From assembly GCA_963819655.1 (NCBI GenBank), contig CAWFXA010000002.1:672001-736000 (forward strand): 64,000 nucleotides of DNA, read 5' to 3'. Numbering within the stretch: the stretch's first letter is position 1; every line of letters starts with the position of its first letter. Below are positions 33,178 to 43,045 of the stretch, in pieces. The translations under genes and the position numbers were made by a program. Under the pieces are notes generated by a model, which worked only from the letters and a program-made list of their open reading frames with translations, ran no database searches and was not told where the DNA came from. Source of the stretch: an uncultured Chloroflexia bacterium. GTDB lineage: Bacteria > Chloroflexota > Limnocylindria > Limnocylindrales > CSP1-4.

Positions 33178-33495
33178 TCAGGCCGCGATCGCGATCGAAG
33201 CCCGGGTGATCTGGCTTGGGCCCTCGAGGATCCCGAAGACGCTCGAGGTGATATTCGCGAAGTTCGGATTGGTCGCGAACGCCTTGAAGAAGTCGCTTCG
33301 GGCGAAGGCGTCCATTGCCTGACGGTCGACCCACGTGTACACGCCGCCATACGTGTTCGAAGCTTCGTCGGCGAGCCAGACCTTCGAGAGGAGCCCGGGA
33401 ACCCGGGCGAGTTCCGGGGCAAGCCCGTCACATGCGCTTCGGTAATCGGCGTCGCTTAGGTCCTTGAGGTTGAAGTTGACGACCTGGATGATCAC
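33178..33495 (-). CDS. ydhR: YdhR-family putative monooxygenase
   Basis: VPGLLSKVWL..E..NTYGGVYTW; AAAGGAG RBS. Confidence 0.85.
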   Translation of the reverse strand: MIIQVVNFNLKDLSDADYRSACDGLAPELARVPGLLSKVWLADEASNTYGGVYTWVDRQAMDAFARSDFFKAFATNPNFANITSSVFGILEGPSQITRASIAIAA

Positions 33496-34072
33496 GGTCT
33501 TCGCTCCTTTCGTGAGTGGTCGCGGCGTTCGCTCGCGTTACTCTCGGCCGACGTCAGTCCTGCGGGGAGTAGGAGTAGGTCCTCCCAGTGCCTCCCCGTG
33601 TTTGTCTCGGTGACCGTACGGCGGTCCAGGCCCAATGGGCTGAGCCTTCCCTGAAAAGAATCTGAAGATGATCGGTGCGCACGGCACGGTGCCCTGGCTC
33701 GTCGGCGATGGTCGAGGTGGGCTCGCGGACTTACCGGCCGATCGAAGCCGTCTGCGATCGTCAGTTGGCGGTCGGTGCGCTCAACACCCCTACCAACAAC
33801 GCTGGACTGATCCGGAGGGTCGCCTCACCTACCCCTTGCTCCACCGCCGGTGCCGGCTTCCGTTCGGGCCGTGCGCGCTCGCCCAAACCGACTGCGTAGA
33901 AGACAGCTGATCTTCGAGGCGAATCCGCCACCATCTCGGTGCTCGCTAGCGCTCAGTTAGCAGGCCTCGATCTGGCCCTAACGTGGACTTCCATCGGAGG
34001 CGCCGTGAGTGCCCTCAGTTAGCAGGGCTTCGTTCCGCCCGCTCGCCGCATCTCGGCCGAAGAACCGGTCGG

Positions 34073-35938
34073 TCACCAATCCACCAGTTTCCAGATCTCG
34101 GGCTCGAACCCTCCTTCGCCAACTTCTGCGAAGGCGATGACCGACCGGACGAGCTCGTCCTCCGCCTCTACCCGCCGGCCCATTGCCTGGAGGAGGTCGG
34201 CCCGGTTGTTGCGAAGAGCCGCCTCGCGATGCCGATCTCCCAGGATCAGGCATCGTCGAAGCGCCTCGTCGGTCAGTGCGAGTGCGCTGTCGAGGTCACC
34301 GATGGCCCGCTCGAGCAGTGCCAGGTTGTTCAGGACCGCGACGCGAGCTGCCGGATCGCGGGCCAAGCCGGCCAGGTCGAGGCTCCGCTGCAGATGGCGG
34401 CGGGCGGCCTCGAGCTCGCCCGATCGTCTTGCGAGCAGGGCCAAGAGATTCTCCGCCTGCGATTCGACCTCCGGGTCGTTGATCCGCCGGGCTTCGCGCA
34501 AGGACGCCCGGGCGAGACGCTTGGCGGAGGTTGGATCGGCCCGTCGAACTGCAACGAGGCTCCGATCCGCGAGCACGCGTGCCCTCAGGGCGGAGGGCGC
34601 CGGATCAAGCCTCGCGAGCGCCGCCGCGAGGTGGAGGTCGGCCAGTCCGAACGCGCCGCGCCTGAGATGGAGGCTGCCAAGGCGGTGCTCGAGCTGAGCG
34701 AGGTGACCAGGGTCCGTGCGGGCGGCCGCGTACTCGTAGGCAGCCAGCGCTTCGCCATACCTCCCCTCCTGCGTCGCGACGTCTCCCAGCGCCTCGTGCA
34801 CCACCACCGCCGAATCCTCGCCCAAAGCGATCGCCAATCGGTACTGCTCCGCGGCGAGAGCGAGCGCGCCCGCCGCTCGCGCCGCGTCCCCTGCGCGAGC
34901 GTGGGCTGCTGCCGCGCGACGGGTGAGGGTGCGCCGGCGCGAGACGCCGAGACGTTCAAGGACGGTCCCCGGCCGCATGCCATCGGCAAATCGGAAGCGG
35001 TCCCCTCGTTCGCCCGGTCGGGGCTCGCGCAACAGCCCCTGTCCGACGAGCTGGTCGAGGCCGGCGGTCACCTCCGCTTCGGAGCGTCCACTTACGTCCC
35101 GCGCCAGGTCCGGATCGATCTCGTCTCCCAGGACCGCACTTGCCTCGAGCAGGTCGCGCGCGATGTGGTCGAGCAGAGGGTCGTTGGTCAGACCGTTGGC
35201 GGTCGCCCCGGGCGCGGCCGGTCCAGGGGCAGTGGACAGCAAGGCGTCCCGCAGGCCCGTCGTTTCGGGGCTCGGCGCGACACCGAGCTCGGCATCGAGC
35301 AGACGAACGACCTCGCGATACTGGCGCGCAACCGCGCCGCGATCCCCGCTCGCCGCGTGGAGCTGCATCAGTGATCGGTGAGCTGCCTCGTCGAGCGGAT
35401 CGAGCGTGAGCAGACGGCGGGCCGGCCCGACCGCCTGCTGCGGCCTGCCGTCGGCCGACTCGAGAGCCACGAGTCGTCGCAGCGCGTCGGCCAGCTCCGC
35501 GCGCAGTGCCTCCGCCTCGAGGAGCTGCCACTGATCGAACGACGCGCTGTCGCGAAGTGCGAAGCCCTCGAGGAAGTCGCCACGGTAGAGGGCCACCGCA
35601 TCGGCCAGGCTCGACCGGTCGCCGGAAGACGCCCGGATGCGGAACGAGGCGACGTCGACCTGCACGCCCTCGTGCGAGAGAGCTACCTGCCGCCGATCCA
35701 CATCCAGCCACGTCCCGCCAAGGCCGGAGCGGAGGGTGCTCAACGTCCTCCGCAGCGCACCCCTTCCGCCTTCAGGATCCGCGTCCGGCCAGAGCAGCTC
35801 CGCCAGCGAATCGCGGGCGATCGGTCGGTCGACCACGGCGACGTAGGCGAGCAGCGCGATCGCCTTGCGGGTGTCCACCACGAGTGGGTGGCCGTCGACG
35901 TCGACTCGTGGGGCCCCGAAGAGGTCGATCCGGAGCAT
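34073..35938 (-). CDS. SARP-family regulator (wHTH + BTAD + TPR)
   Basis: LRIDLFGAP, ELLWPD, LYRGDFLEG, DPLDEAAHRSLM, ELGVAPSPET, TPR repeats. Confidence 0.9.
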   Translation of the reverse strand: MLRIDLFGAPRVDVDGHPLVVDTRKAIALLAYVAVVDRPIARDSLAELLWPDADPEGGRGALRRTLSTLRSGLGGTWLDVDRRQVALSHEGVQVDVASFRIRASSGDRSSLADAVALYRGDFLEGFALRDSASFDQWQLLEAEALRAELADALRRLVALESADGRPQQAVGPARRLLTLDPLDEAAHRSLMQLHAASGDRGAVARQYREVVRLLDAELGVAPSPETTGLRDALLSTAPGPAAPGATANGLTNDPLLDHIARDLLEASAVLGDEIDPDLARDVSGRSEAEVTAGLDQLVGQGLLREPRPGERGDRFRFADGMRPGTVLERLGVSRRRTLTRRAAAAHARAGDAARAAGALALAAEQYRLAIALGEDSAVVVHEALGDVATQEGRYGEALAAYEYAAARTDPGHLAQLEHRLGSLHLRRGAFGLADLHLAAALARLDPAPSALRARVLADRSLVAVRRADPTSAKRLARASLREARRINDPEVESQAENLLALLARRSGELEAARRHLQRSLDLAGLARDPAARVAVLNNLALLERAIGDLDSALALTDEALRRCLILGDRHREAALRNNRADLLQAMGRRVEAEDELVRSVIAFAEVGEGGFEPEIWKLVDW

Positions 35939-36042
35939 CTTCGCGAATCTCTCCCGTACCGATTCCCGAAGTGATGATCGGGCCCGTTGGCGGAATGATG
36001 CAGCCAGGATGCCGCGAAATACCCCACCAACGTGCGAACCTT

Positions 36043-36060
36043 CGTAACGATTCCCGAACG
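36043..36060 (+). promoter_or_regulatory. Heptamer direct repeat CGTAACG-N4-CCGAACG (putative SARP site)
   Basis: 11-bp period; near-identical copies at 35955-35972 and 40795-40812. Confidence 0.6.
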
Positions 36061-36083
36061 GTGCCGTGCGAGAACTACTACCG

Positions 36084-37658
36084 ATGACCGCTTTCAGCCA
36101 GGCCTTTCGCCGCGTCTACCGCCGTCGGACCACCCGATCCGCGGCCGGGAACGCGGTCCCAGGCTTCGTGCCGCAGGTCGACCGCACCGCGCACGTCGAG
36201 ATCGCCGAGAGCGACCCCCTCCTCCCCTTTCTCCAGGCCTCGCCCGGCGCCGTCGACCTCCAGGCACTGGAGCTCGAGTCCCCGGCCCTGCACGAGCTGC
36301 GGGCAGCCGGCGTCCGGATCGTGGTGCCCCTCGTCACCCACGGCGAACTCATCGGGACGCTCAATCTTGGGCCACGACTCAGCGAGCAGGAGTACTCGAC
36401 CGACGATCGGAAGCTGCTCGAGAACCTCGCCTCCCAGGCAGCGCCCGCGCTGCGCGTGGCGCAGCTTGTTCGCGAGCAGGAGGCGGAGGCACGCGAACGC
36501 GAGCGCCTCGACCAGGAACTGAGGGTGGCTCAGCTCATCCAGCAACACTTCCTGCCGCTGACTCTGCCGCAGCCGCCCGGCTGGACCATCCAGGCTCACT
36601 ACCGGCCGGCACGCGCCGTGGGCGGGGACTTCTACGACATGGTCGAGCGCCACGACGGAACGCTCGCGTTCGCCGTCGGCGACGTCACGGACAAGGGGGT
36701 GCCAGCGGCGATGGTCATGGCCGCCACGCGGTCATTCCTTCGCGCCGCCGGACAAGAACAGGCCTCGCCCGGCCTCGTCCTGGCACGTGTCAACGACCTG
36801 CTTCACCCGGACATGCCGCCCCGGATGTTCGTCACTTGCCTATACGGGATCCTCGATCCGTCGTCGGGCCGGGTCACGTTCGCGAATGCGGGTCACAACC
36901 TGCCCATCGTCTGCGGCATGGGCGCCACGCAGGAGCTCCGAGCGACTGGCATGCCATTGGGGCTCCTCCCGGGCATGCGCTATGAGGAGACTGAAGCTCA
37001 ATTGGAACGCGGCCAGCAGATGGTCCTCCATTCCGACGGCATTTCGGAGGCGCACGACCCGAATCGCGAGATGTTCGGGATTCCCCGGCTCCGCGAGGTG
37101 CTCGCCGGCGGCGAAGGCGGCGATCGGATGCTGGGCAGCGTCCTCCAGGAGCTCGAGCGATTCACCGGACCCGACTGGGAGCAGGAAGACGACATCACGC
37201 TCGTCTCGCTCGGTTGGCACGCCGGCGGGCTGCTGGCCGCGTTCGAGCTGCCCAGCGAGACGGGCCGCGAGCGCGAGGCGATGGAGCGCGTCGCGACCGC
37301 CGTCGGGTCGTTGGGCCTGGCTCCGGCGCGCATCGAGAAGCTCAAAACGGCCGTCGCCGAGGCGACCATGAATGCGATCGAGCACGGCAACAGGAATGAG
37401 CCGGAACGCCCGGTGAGAATCACAGCCGAAGTGACCGACGGCGACCTCGTCGTCCGGGTGCAGGACGAAGGAGCCGCCACGCCGATCCCGATCGTGGAGA
37501 CGCCCGACATCGGGGCGAAGTTGAGCGGTGAACAGAGCGCCCGCGGCTGGGGCCTGTTCCTGATCCAGGAAATGGTCGACCAGGTTCGGATCACCACCGA
37601 AGGACCCCATCACGTTGTCGAGCTCCTGCTCCACCTCGAGGAGGCATCCGATGCCTGA
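36084..37658 (+). CDS. RsbU-like PP2C phosphatase fused to an RsbW-like kinase domain, with a partial N-terminal GAF
   Basis: VVPLVTHGELIGTLNLG, VGGDFYD, GDVTDKG, NAGH, SDG..E, DDIT; EATMNAIEHGN, RGWGLFLI. Confidence 0.92.
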   Translation: MTAFSQAFRRVYRRRTTRSAAGNAVPGFVPQVDRTAHVEIAESDPLLPFLQASPGAVDLQALELESPALHELRAAGVRIVVPLVTHGELIGTLNLGPRLSEQEYSTDDRKLLENLASQAAPALRVAQLVREQEAEARERERLDQELRVAQLIQQHFLPLTLPQPPGWTIQAHYRPARAVGGDFYDMVERHDGTLAFAVGDVTDKGVPAAMVMAATRSFLRAAGQEQASPGLVLARVNDLLHPDMPPRMFVTCLYGILDPSSGRVTFANAGHNLPIVCGMGATQELRATGMPLGLLPGMRYEETEAQLERGQQMVLHSDGISEAHDPNREMFGIPRLREVLAGGEGGDRMLGSVLQELERFTGPDWEQEDDITLVSLGWHAGGLLAAFELPSETGREREAMERVATAVGSLGLAPARIEKLKTAVAEATMNAIEHGNRNEPERPVRITAEVTDGDLVVRVQDEGAATPIPIVETPDIGAKLSGEQSARGWGLFLIQEMVDQVRITTEGPHHVVELLLHLEEASDA

Positions 37659-37986
37659 CCAATTCAATGTCGTCATTCGCGCTGAAGACGGCGTGCCCGT
37701 CATCGACCTGGAAGGCGAGATCGACGGCGAAGCCGAGGCCGCTTTGTTGGACGCCTACGACCGGGCCGCACGGGGCGTGAACCGCCTTGTCCTCAACTTC
37801 GGCCCGACGCACTACATCAACAGCACCGGTCTTGCCGTCATCGTCCAGATCCTTGCCCGTGCCCGTGCCGCGGGTGTCGCCGTCCACGGGTTCGGACTCA
37901 CCGACCATTACCGCCACATCTTTGAGATCACCCGACTCGCCGACTTCGTCGAGCTCCATGCCGACGAAGCCAGCGCAATCGCGTAG
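37651..37986 (+). CDS. STAS anti-sigma factor antagonist
   Basis: LEGEID, YINSTGL, FEITRL. Confidence 0.9.
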   Translation: MPDQFNVVIRAEDGVPVIDLEGEIDGEAEAALLDAYDRAARGVNRLVLNFGPTHYINSTGLAVIVQILARARAAGVAVHGFGLTDHYRHIFEITRLADFVELHADEASAIA

Positions 37987-38013
37987 GCCGTCACGACAGA
38001 GGAGGGAGGACCT

Positions 38014-38364
38014 ATGAATCAGACGCACTCACGGCTCGATGTCCGGCGGGCGTCCGAAGCCGCCGCCGTTATCGGCATCCGGGGCGAGTTGACCGGCGCG
38101 ACCGAGACGCCGTTGATGGACGCGTACGCGCGGGCGAGCGACCCGATGACGCGGACGATCATCCTCGACTTCACCGAGCTGGAGTACATGAACAGCACCG
38201 GCATCGGGTTGCTCGTGACGCTGCTTGTTCGCGCCCAGCGCCAGCGCCAGCGCGTCCTGGCTTTTGGGCTATCGGAGCACTACCGCCAGATCCTGTCGCT
38301 GACCCGCCTCGACGAGGCGATCGCCGTTGTCGGATCGGAGGCCGAGGCCATCGCCGCCGGCTGA
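38014..38364 (+). CDS. STAS anti-sigma factor antagonist (second copy)
   Basis: LDFTELEYMNSTGIGLLV, LTRLD; GGAGG RBS. Confidence 0.9.
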   Translation: MNQTHSRLDVRRASEAAAVIGIRGELTGATETPLMDAYARASDPMTRTIILDFTELEYMNSTGIGLLVTLLVRAQRQRQRVLAFGLSEHYRQILSLTRLDEAIAVVGSEAEAIAAG

Positions 38365-38391
38365 CGGCCGGCTCGGCGAGCTTCCGCGGCG

Positions 38392-39561
38392 ATGATCTCC
38401 CGGCGCTCGGCTCTGGCGGCGACGCTGATCGCGGTCTGCGGCCTGATCGGATTGGCCGCCATCGCGACCGCTCCATCGGCAGAGCTTCCGGTCTTCGCGC
38501 TGATGGCGCCGTCGTTCGTTGTCGCGCCGGCGGTGGGCGGTCTGATCCTGATAAGGCAGCCGGAGAATCGGGTCGGTTGGCTGTTCTGCTTCGTCGGTTT
38601 CGGTATCGCGGCCACCCTTGGTGTAGGGATCCTCGTGCAGACGAGCCTTTCGGTGCCTGCGGCATTGGCCCTCGTCGGCGGATGGATCGGACAATGGGTG
38701 TTCCTGCTCTTCGTCGTCCCCGCAGGGTTCCTGTTTCTGACCTTCCCGACCGGACGGCTTCCGTCCCGCAGATGGCGTCCCGCGGCCATCGCCCTCCTCT
38801 GCAGTGCCCTCGCCGCCGGCGTGGGCGCGGCCTTTGGACGCTCCGCGCTCTCCGGCAGCGAGCGGCTATTGGCCAATCCATTCGCGGCGCCGGAGATGAT
38901 CCGGCCGTACCTGCTCGTCCTGGGCGACGTAGGCGCGACCGCCCTTGGTCTAACGCTGATACCAGTCGCCGCCGCGATCGTGCTCCGCCTCCGCGGCGCT
39001 CAGGGGATCGAGCGTCTTCAGCTCAAGTGGTTCGCCTTTGCCGTCGTCGCGACGCTCGGCGTCGCCTTGTCACTCGGAGCCCTACCGTCGCCCTTCGCCG
39101 AATGGTCCTTCGGCGCGGTTGTCATCGGCTTCGGTGTGGGCTTGCCGGCGGCAGCGGGCGTCGCCATCCTCCGTTACCGGCTGTACGACATCGACGTCGT
39201 CATTCGCCGCACGCTCGTCTACGGCATGGTCGTCGCGATCCTGGGCGCCACATACGGCGCGCTCGTGCTCGGGTTGCAGGCTTTGCTGAGTGGGCTGACC
39301 GGGAGTGAGACCATTCCGGTCGCCCTCTCGACGGTGACGATCGCCGCCCTCTTCGGCCCGCTCCGGAGACGGGTCCGGGACGCCGTCGACCGACGGTTCT
39401 ACCGCTCGCGCTACGACACGCAACGGACCCTCGAGACGTTCTCCGCCAGGCTGCGCGACGAGGTCGTGCTCGACTCCGTGAGCATCGCGCTCGTGGATAC
39501 AGCGGGGCGAGCCGTCCGGCCGGCCTCCGCCGGCGTCTGGATCCGGGAGCGTCGCGCGTGA
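38392..39561 (+). CDS. Multi-TM sensor-like protein ending in a GAF N-terminal fragment
   Basis: ENRVGW, FPTGRLPSRRWR, ERLQLKW, AILRYRLYDID, VDRRFYRSRYD...VRPASAGVW. Confidence 0.85.
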   Translation: MISRRSALAATLIAVCGLIGLAAIATAPSAELPVFALMAPSFVVAPAVGGLILIRQPENRVGWLFCFVGFGIAATLGVGILVQTSLSVPAALALVGGWIGQWVFLLFVVPAGFLFLTFPTGRLPSRRWRPAAIALLCSALAAGVGAAFGRSALSGSERLLANPFAAPEMIRPYLLVLGDVGATALGLTLIPVAAAIVLRLRGAQGIERLQLKWFAFAVVATLGVALSLGALPSPFAEWSFGAVVIGFGVGLPAAAGVAILRYRLYDIDVVIRRTLVYGMVVAILGATYGALVLGLQALLSGLTGSETIPVALSTVTIAALFGPLRRRVRDAVDRRFYRSRYDTQRTLETFSARLRDEVVLDSVSIALVDTAGRAVRPASAGVWIRERRA

Positions 39562-40799
39562 CCGCCCATAGTGTGCTGGCCCGCATCGCCCTCCCGCTCG
39601 CCGCGGTAGTCGTCGTCGCGTGCGTCGCGATGTTGACGTTCGCGGTCGTGTCGCTCTTCCTCCCCGGCACCGAGCTCCTCCCCAACCGGCCGGGCATCGC
39701 GGACTTCCTCTCGCTCCTGGCGATCATCCTGGCGTTCCCGATCGTCGGGCTGGTGATCGCCTCCAGGCGGCCGAGCAATCCCGTGGGCTGGCTATTCCTC
39801 GTCGTCGGCGTGGTGATGGCGCTCGATATCTTCGCCGGCGAGTATTCCGGGCGGGTCGCTTTCGCGGGAGCCCCGCTGCCTGGCGGCGCGCTCCTGGCGT
39901 GGCTCTCAGACTCGTTCTGGATCCTCGGTCCAGCAGTCGCGCTGCCGTTGGCCATCGCGCTCTTCCCGGACGGCCGCTTGCCGGCCTCTCGCTGGCGCCC
40001 CGCGTTGATCGTTGCCGTCGCCTTGTCGGTGGTGGTGACAGCGCTGGGCGCTCTCGCCCCGGGCGACCTCCTGGGCTACGAGGGACACTTCGTCAACCCC
40101 TTCGGGGTCGGCGGTGAAATCGGACGGTTGGCCTCGTGGGCGTCGAGGTCCGGCGGGACCCTGCAACTGCTGCCGACCTTCATCGCGATCGCCGCCATCG
40201 CGGTACGCCTCCGGCGTGCTGAGGGCGCCGAGCGTCAGCAGCTGAAGTGGCTGCTGTTCCCGCTCGCCGTCTTCGTGCTGACGATCTCGACGGGGTTCGC
40301 CGTCGTCGTCTCAGTGCCGCCGGCGTCTGCCGATGACTTCGTATGGATCTTCACAGTCGCACTCGTGGCGCTGGGCGTCGTTCCGATCTCGGCCGGCATC
40401 GCGATCCTGCGCTACCGGCTGTATGACATCGACGTCGTGATCCGACGGACGGTGGTGTACGGCGCCGTCGTGGCGATCCTCGGCATCTCGTACATCGCTC
40501 TCGTCGTGGGACTCCAGAGCGCGCTCTCGCAGTTCAGCGGCAACGACACCCTGCCGGTCGCTCTTTCGACACTCATGATCGCGGCCCTCTTCGGGCCGGT
40601 CCGGACGCGAGTTCGCCAGATCGTCGACCGGCGGTTCTACCGATCGCGCTACGACGCCCAGCGCACGGTCGAGGCCTTCGCTGGCCACCTCCGCGATGAG
40701 GTCGAGCTGGACGCGGTCCGCCAGGCGCTCGCGACCTCGGTCGGCGACGCCGTCCGGCCGGCGTCGATCGGAGTATGGCTGCGGCCTCGGAGCCCGTAA
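39558..40799 (+). CDS. Paralogous multi-TM sensor-like protein
   Basis: Same motif series as 38392-39561 (NPVGW, FPDGRLP, ERQQLKW, AILRYRLYDID, VDRRFYRSRYD). Confidence 0.85.
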   Translation: MTAHSVLARIALPLAAVVVVACVAMLTFAVVSLFLPGTELLPNRPGIADFLSLLAIILAFPIVGLVIASRRPSNPVGWLFLVVGVVMALDIFAGEYSGRVAFAGAPLPGGALLAWLSDSFWILGPAVALPLAIALFPDGRLPASRWRPALIVAVALSVVVTALGALAPGDLLGYEGHFVNPFGVGGEIGRLASWASRSGGTLQLLPTFIAIAAIAVRLRRAEGAERQQLKWLLFPLAVFVLTISTGFAVVVSVPPASADDFVWIFTVALVALGVVPISAGIAILRYRLYDIDVVIRRTVVYGAVVAILGISYIALVVGLQSALSQFSGNDTLPVALSTLMIAALFGPVRTRVRQIVDRRFYRSRYDAQRTVEAFAGHLRDEVELDAVRQALATSVGDAVRPASIGVWLRPRSP

Positions 40800-40856
40800 C
40801 GATTCCCGGACGCTTGGCGCCCACGATCCTCGCATCCGTTACCGAGGGATTCCGAC

Positions 40857-41612
40857 ATGACCGGCGATCAGGCCGAGCCTCCTATCGACGGAGCCGCGCC
40901 CCACAGCAACAGGGCTGGTTGGGCAGAGCCCATCGACCGTCTTACCCTCACCGATCCCGCCTCGGGCGGCGTCGCCTCGACCGTCGTTGGGAGGCGGGTG
41001 GCGGGCCCAATCCAAGGCTTCGGCCAGATGTGGCAGAAGACATTCCGCGTCCGCCTCTCGGCCGACCCCGAGCTCACCCCGGAACAGGTCGTCGCCACCT
41101 GGAAGGAGGAGTTCCCGACCTTCTGGCCTAAGGGCAATACGTTCTACGCTCCGCTCGCCGGCATCCAGCCCGGTGAGGTCGCGCTTCTCACGACGGGATT
41201 GGGCCCCGCCAAGTTACATACCGGTGTCCTCGTGGTCTATGCGGACGATGAGGCCTTCACGCTGATGACCCCCGAGGGGCACATACTGGCCGCCTGGATC
41301 ACGTTCAGCGCCTTCCGGGCGTCCGACGGGATCGTCGTCGCCCAGGCGCAGGCCCTGGAGCGGGCAAGCGATCCGCTGTTCGAGATGGGGCTCATGCTGG
41401 GTGGACACGGGGTGAACACCCGCTTCTGGACGGCGACGCTGGGTAACGTCGCCACCCGCTTTGGCAGCCCGCCCGATGTCGAAACCGAGGTCATCTGCGT
41501 GGACAAGCGCCGCCAGTGGCGCCAGGTCGGCAACGTCCGCCACAACGCGGGCTTCCGCTCGATGCTCCACCTGGCCGGCGCTCCGGTCCGCTGGGTCCGT
41601 CGTCGCCCCTGA
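40857..41612 (+). CDS. Conserved hypothetical protein
   Basis: Clean high-GC ORF, GPIQGFGQMWQKT motif; preceded by the heptamer repeat. Confidence 0.7.
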   Translation: MTGDQAEPPIDGAAPHSNRAGWAEPIDRLTLTDPASGGVASTVVGRRVAGPIQGFGQMWQKTFRVRLSADPELTPEQVVATWKEEFPTFWPKGNTFYAPLAGIQPGEVALLTTGLGPAKLHTGVLVVYADDEAFTLMTPEGHILAAWITFSAFRASDGIVVAQAQALERASDPLFEMGLMLGGHGVNTRFWTATLGNVATRFGSPPDVETEVICVDKRRQWRQVGNVRHNAGFRSMLHLAGAPVRWVRRRP

Positions 41613-41670
41613 CGTCGGGACGTGGTGACGCGATGGCCCGGGTCCCCCTTCGGTCTCGAGTCGCGCCGCA

Positions 41671-42660
41671 CTACGCGGGAACGGCTGCCTCGAGCTCCGA
41701 CTCGGCGTGGGCGGCGAGCCCGATCTGGACGGCGATCTTGCCGCGCACGTGGCGGGTAGCCTGGAGCGCGACCGCGTCCTGGATGTGGTCGAAGGAGAAC
41801 GCCTGGATCGCAGGAATGCGGAGGCTACCCTCCGCGATCCGGACCGCGATCTCCGGGAACCGATGGTCAGCGGCGTAGCGGACCGTCATCTTGCCCTCGA
41901 TGCCATGATCGGCGACACCCTGCATCTCTGGCGGTAGCACCGTTGAGGTCACGCGGCCACCGGGCTTCAGGACGGATGCCACCCCGGCGAGCAAGTCCGG
42001 GATACCGACGAGATCGATCACCGCGTCGGCCCCGTCGGGGAATCGGGTCCGGAGCTCTTCGACGGGATCCTCGACGGTGTAGTCCACGACCCCTGCCGCC
42101 CCCATCGACTGCGCATAAACCGTGAACTCGGGTCGGGTGAGCGCGATCACCTCGACACCGCGCTCAGCGGCAAACTGCGTGGCATAGCTGCCGACGCCAC
42201 CCGTCCCGCCGAGCAGCACGAGCCGATCACCCCGGCGGAGCGCGACGTCCTCGACCGCCGCCGCGGCTGTGAGCGCCGAGTGGCCGACGACGGCGGCCTC
42301 TTCCCAGGTGATCGTGCGCGGCTTGTGGGTGAGGCCGCTGGTCCCGAGGGTGACGAGGTCGGCCATCGTCCCTTCGCCCATGACCTGCTTGCGGATGAAG
42401 CCGTAGACCTCATCGCCCTCGCGATAGGCCTCGACTCCGGCCCCGACCCGCTCGACGACCCCGGATGCATCGATTCCGATCACCAGCGGGAACCGGTGCT
42501 CGACGTAGTCCTTCATGAAGCCGGCCATGACGAAGATGTCGGTGGCGTTCATGCCCGCCACGTTGACCCGGACGAGCACCTCTCCGTCACCGGGCACCGG
42601 GGCGGGGATCTCGCGGATGCTTCCTTCCTCGCCGAATGCATCGATCGCGAACGCACGCAT
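41671..42660 (-). CDS. NADP-dependent MDR/quinone oxidoreductase
   Basis: GEVLVRV...N..D, G.DASGVVE.VG, GGTGGVG, RGKI; GGAGG RBS. Confidence 0.9.
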   Translation of the reverse strand: MRAFAIDAFGEEGSIREIPAPVPGDGEVLVRVNVAGMNATDIFVMAGFMKDYVEHRFPLVIGIDASGVVERVGAGVEAYREGDEVYGFIRKQVMGEGTMADLVTLGTSGLTHKPRTITWEEAAVVGHSALTAAAAVEDVALRRGDRLVLLGGTGGVGSYATQFAAERGVEVIALTRPEFTVYAQSMGAAGVVDYTVEDPVEELRTRFPDGADAVIDLVGIPDLLAGVASVLKPGGRVTSTVLPPEMQGVADHGIEGKMTVRYAADHRFPEIAVRIAEGSLRIPAIQAFSFDHIQDAVALQATRHVRGKIAVQIGLAAHAESELEAAVPA

Positions 42661-43045
42661 ACGTGCCTCCATCCGCCACGTCGTTCTCAAGGGGCGCTGG
42701 CAGTCCACCGGCGGCGTTCGCGCACGGCCCCTCCGGGCGAGGCGATGCAGCATTGTCGCAGTCGCCCGTCTGGCCGGTGTCAATCGCACCACTCGCGCCC
42801 CGGCACCCATCAGGTGGAGACCTGCTGGTGCGGAAGACGGCGGGTCGGGCAGTTGGACATGAGGATCTAGGATCGATATCTGGCGCCTCGTCGGTAGGGG
42901 TGGGTGCTTGTCGCGGTCGCCCAAGGCCCAGATCGCCGAGCTCTGATCGAAAGGCAGGTCCTGAACCTGACGGCATGAACAAAACCGGCCGCCTCGACCC
43001 GGGCGGGTCTCGAACCTTGCGATCGACTGGGTGTATTCAGGGCTG

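Noticed and set aside
33910-34030. tRNA 3' end or attC site (CCACCA; CCTAAC...GTTAGC)
   Set aside because: No T-arm fold, and the complementarity is too short and poor for an attC.
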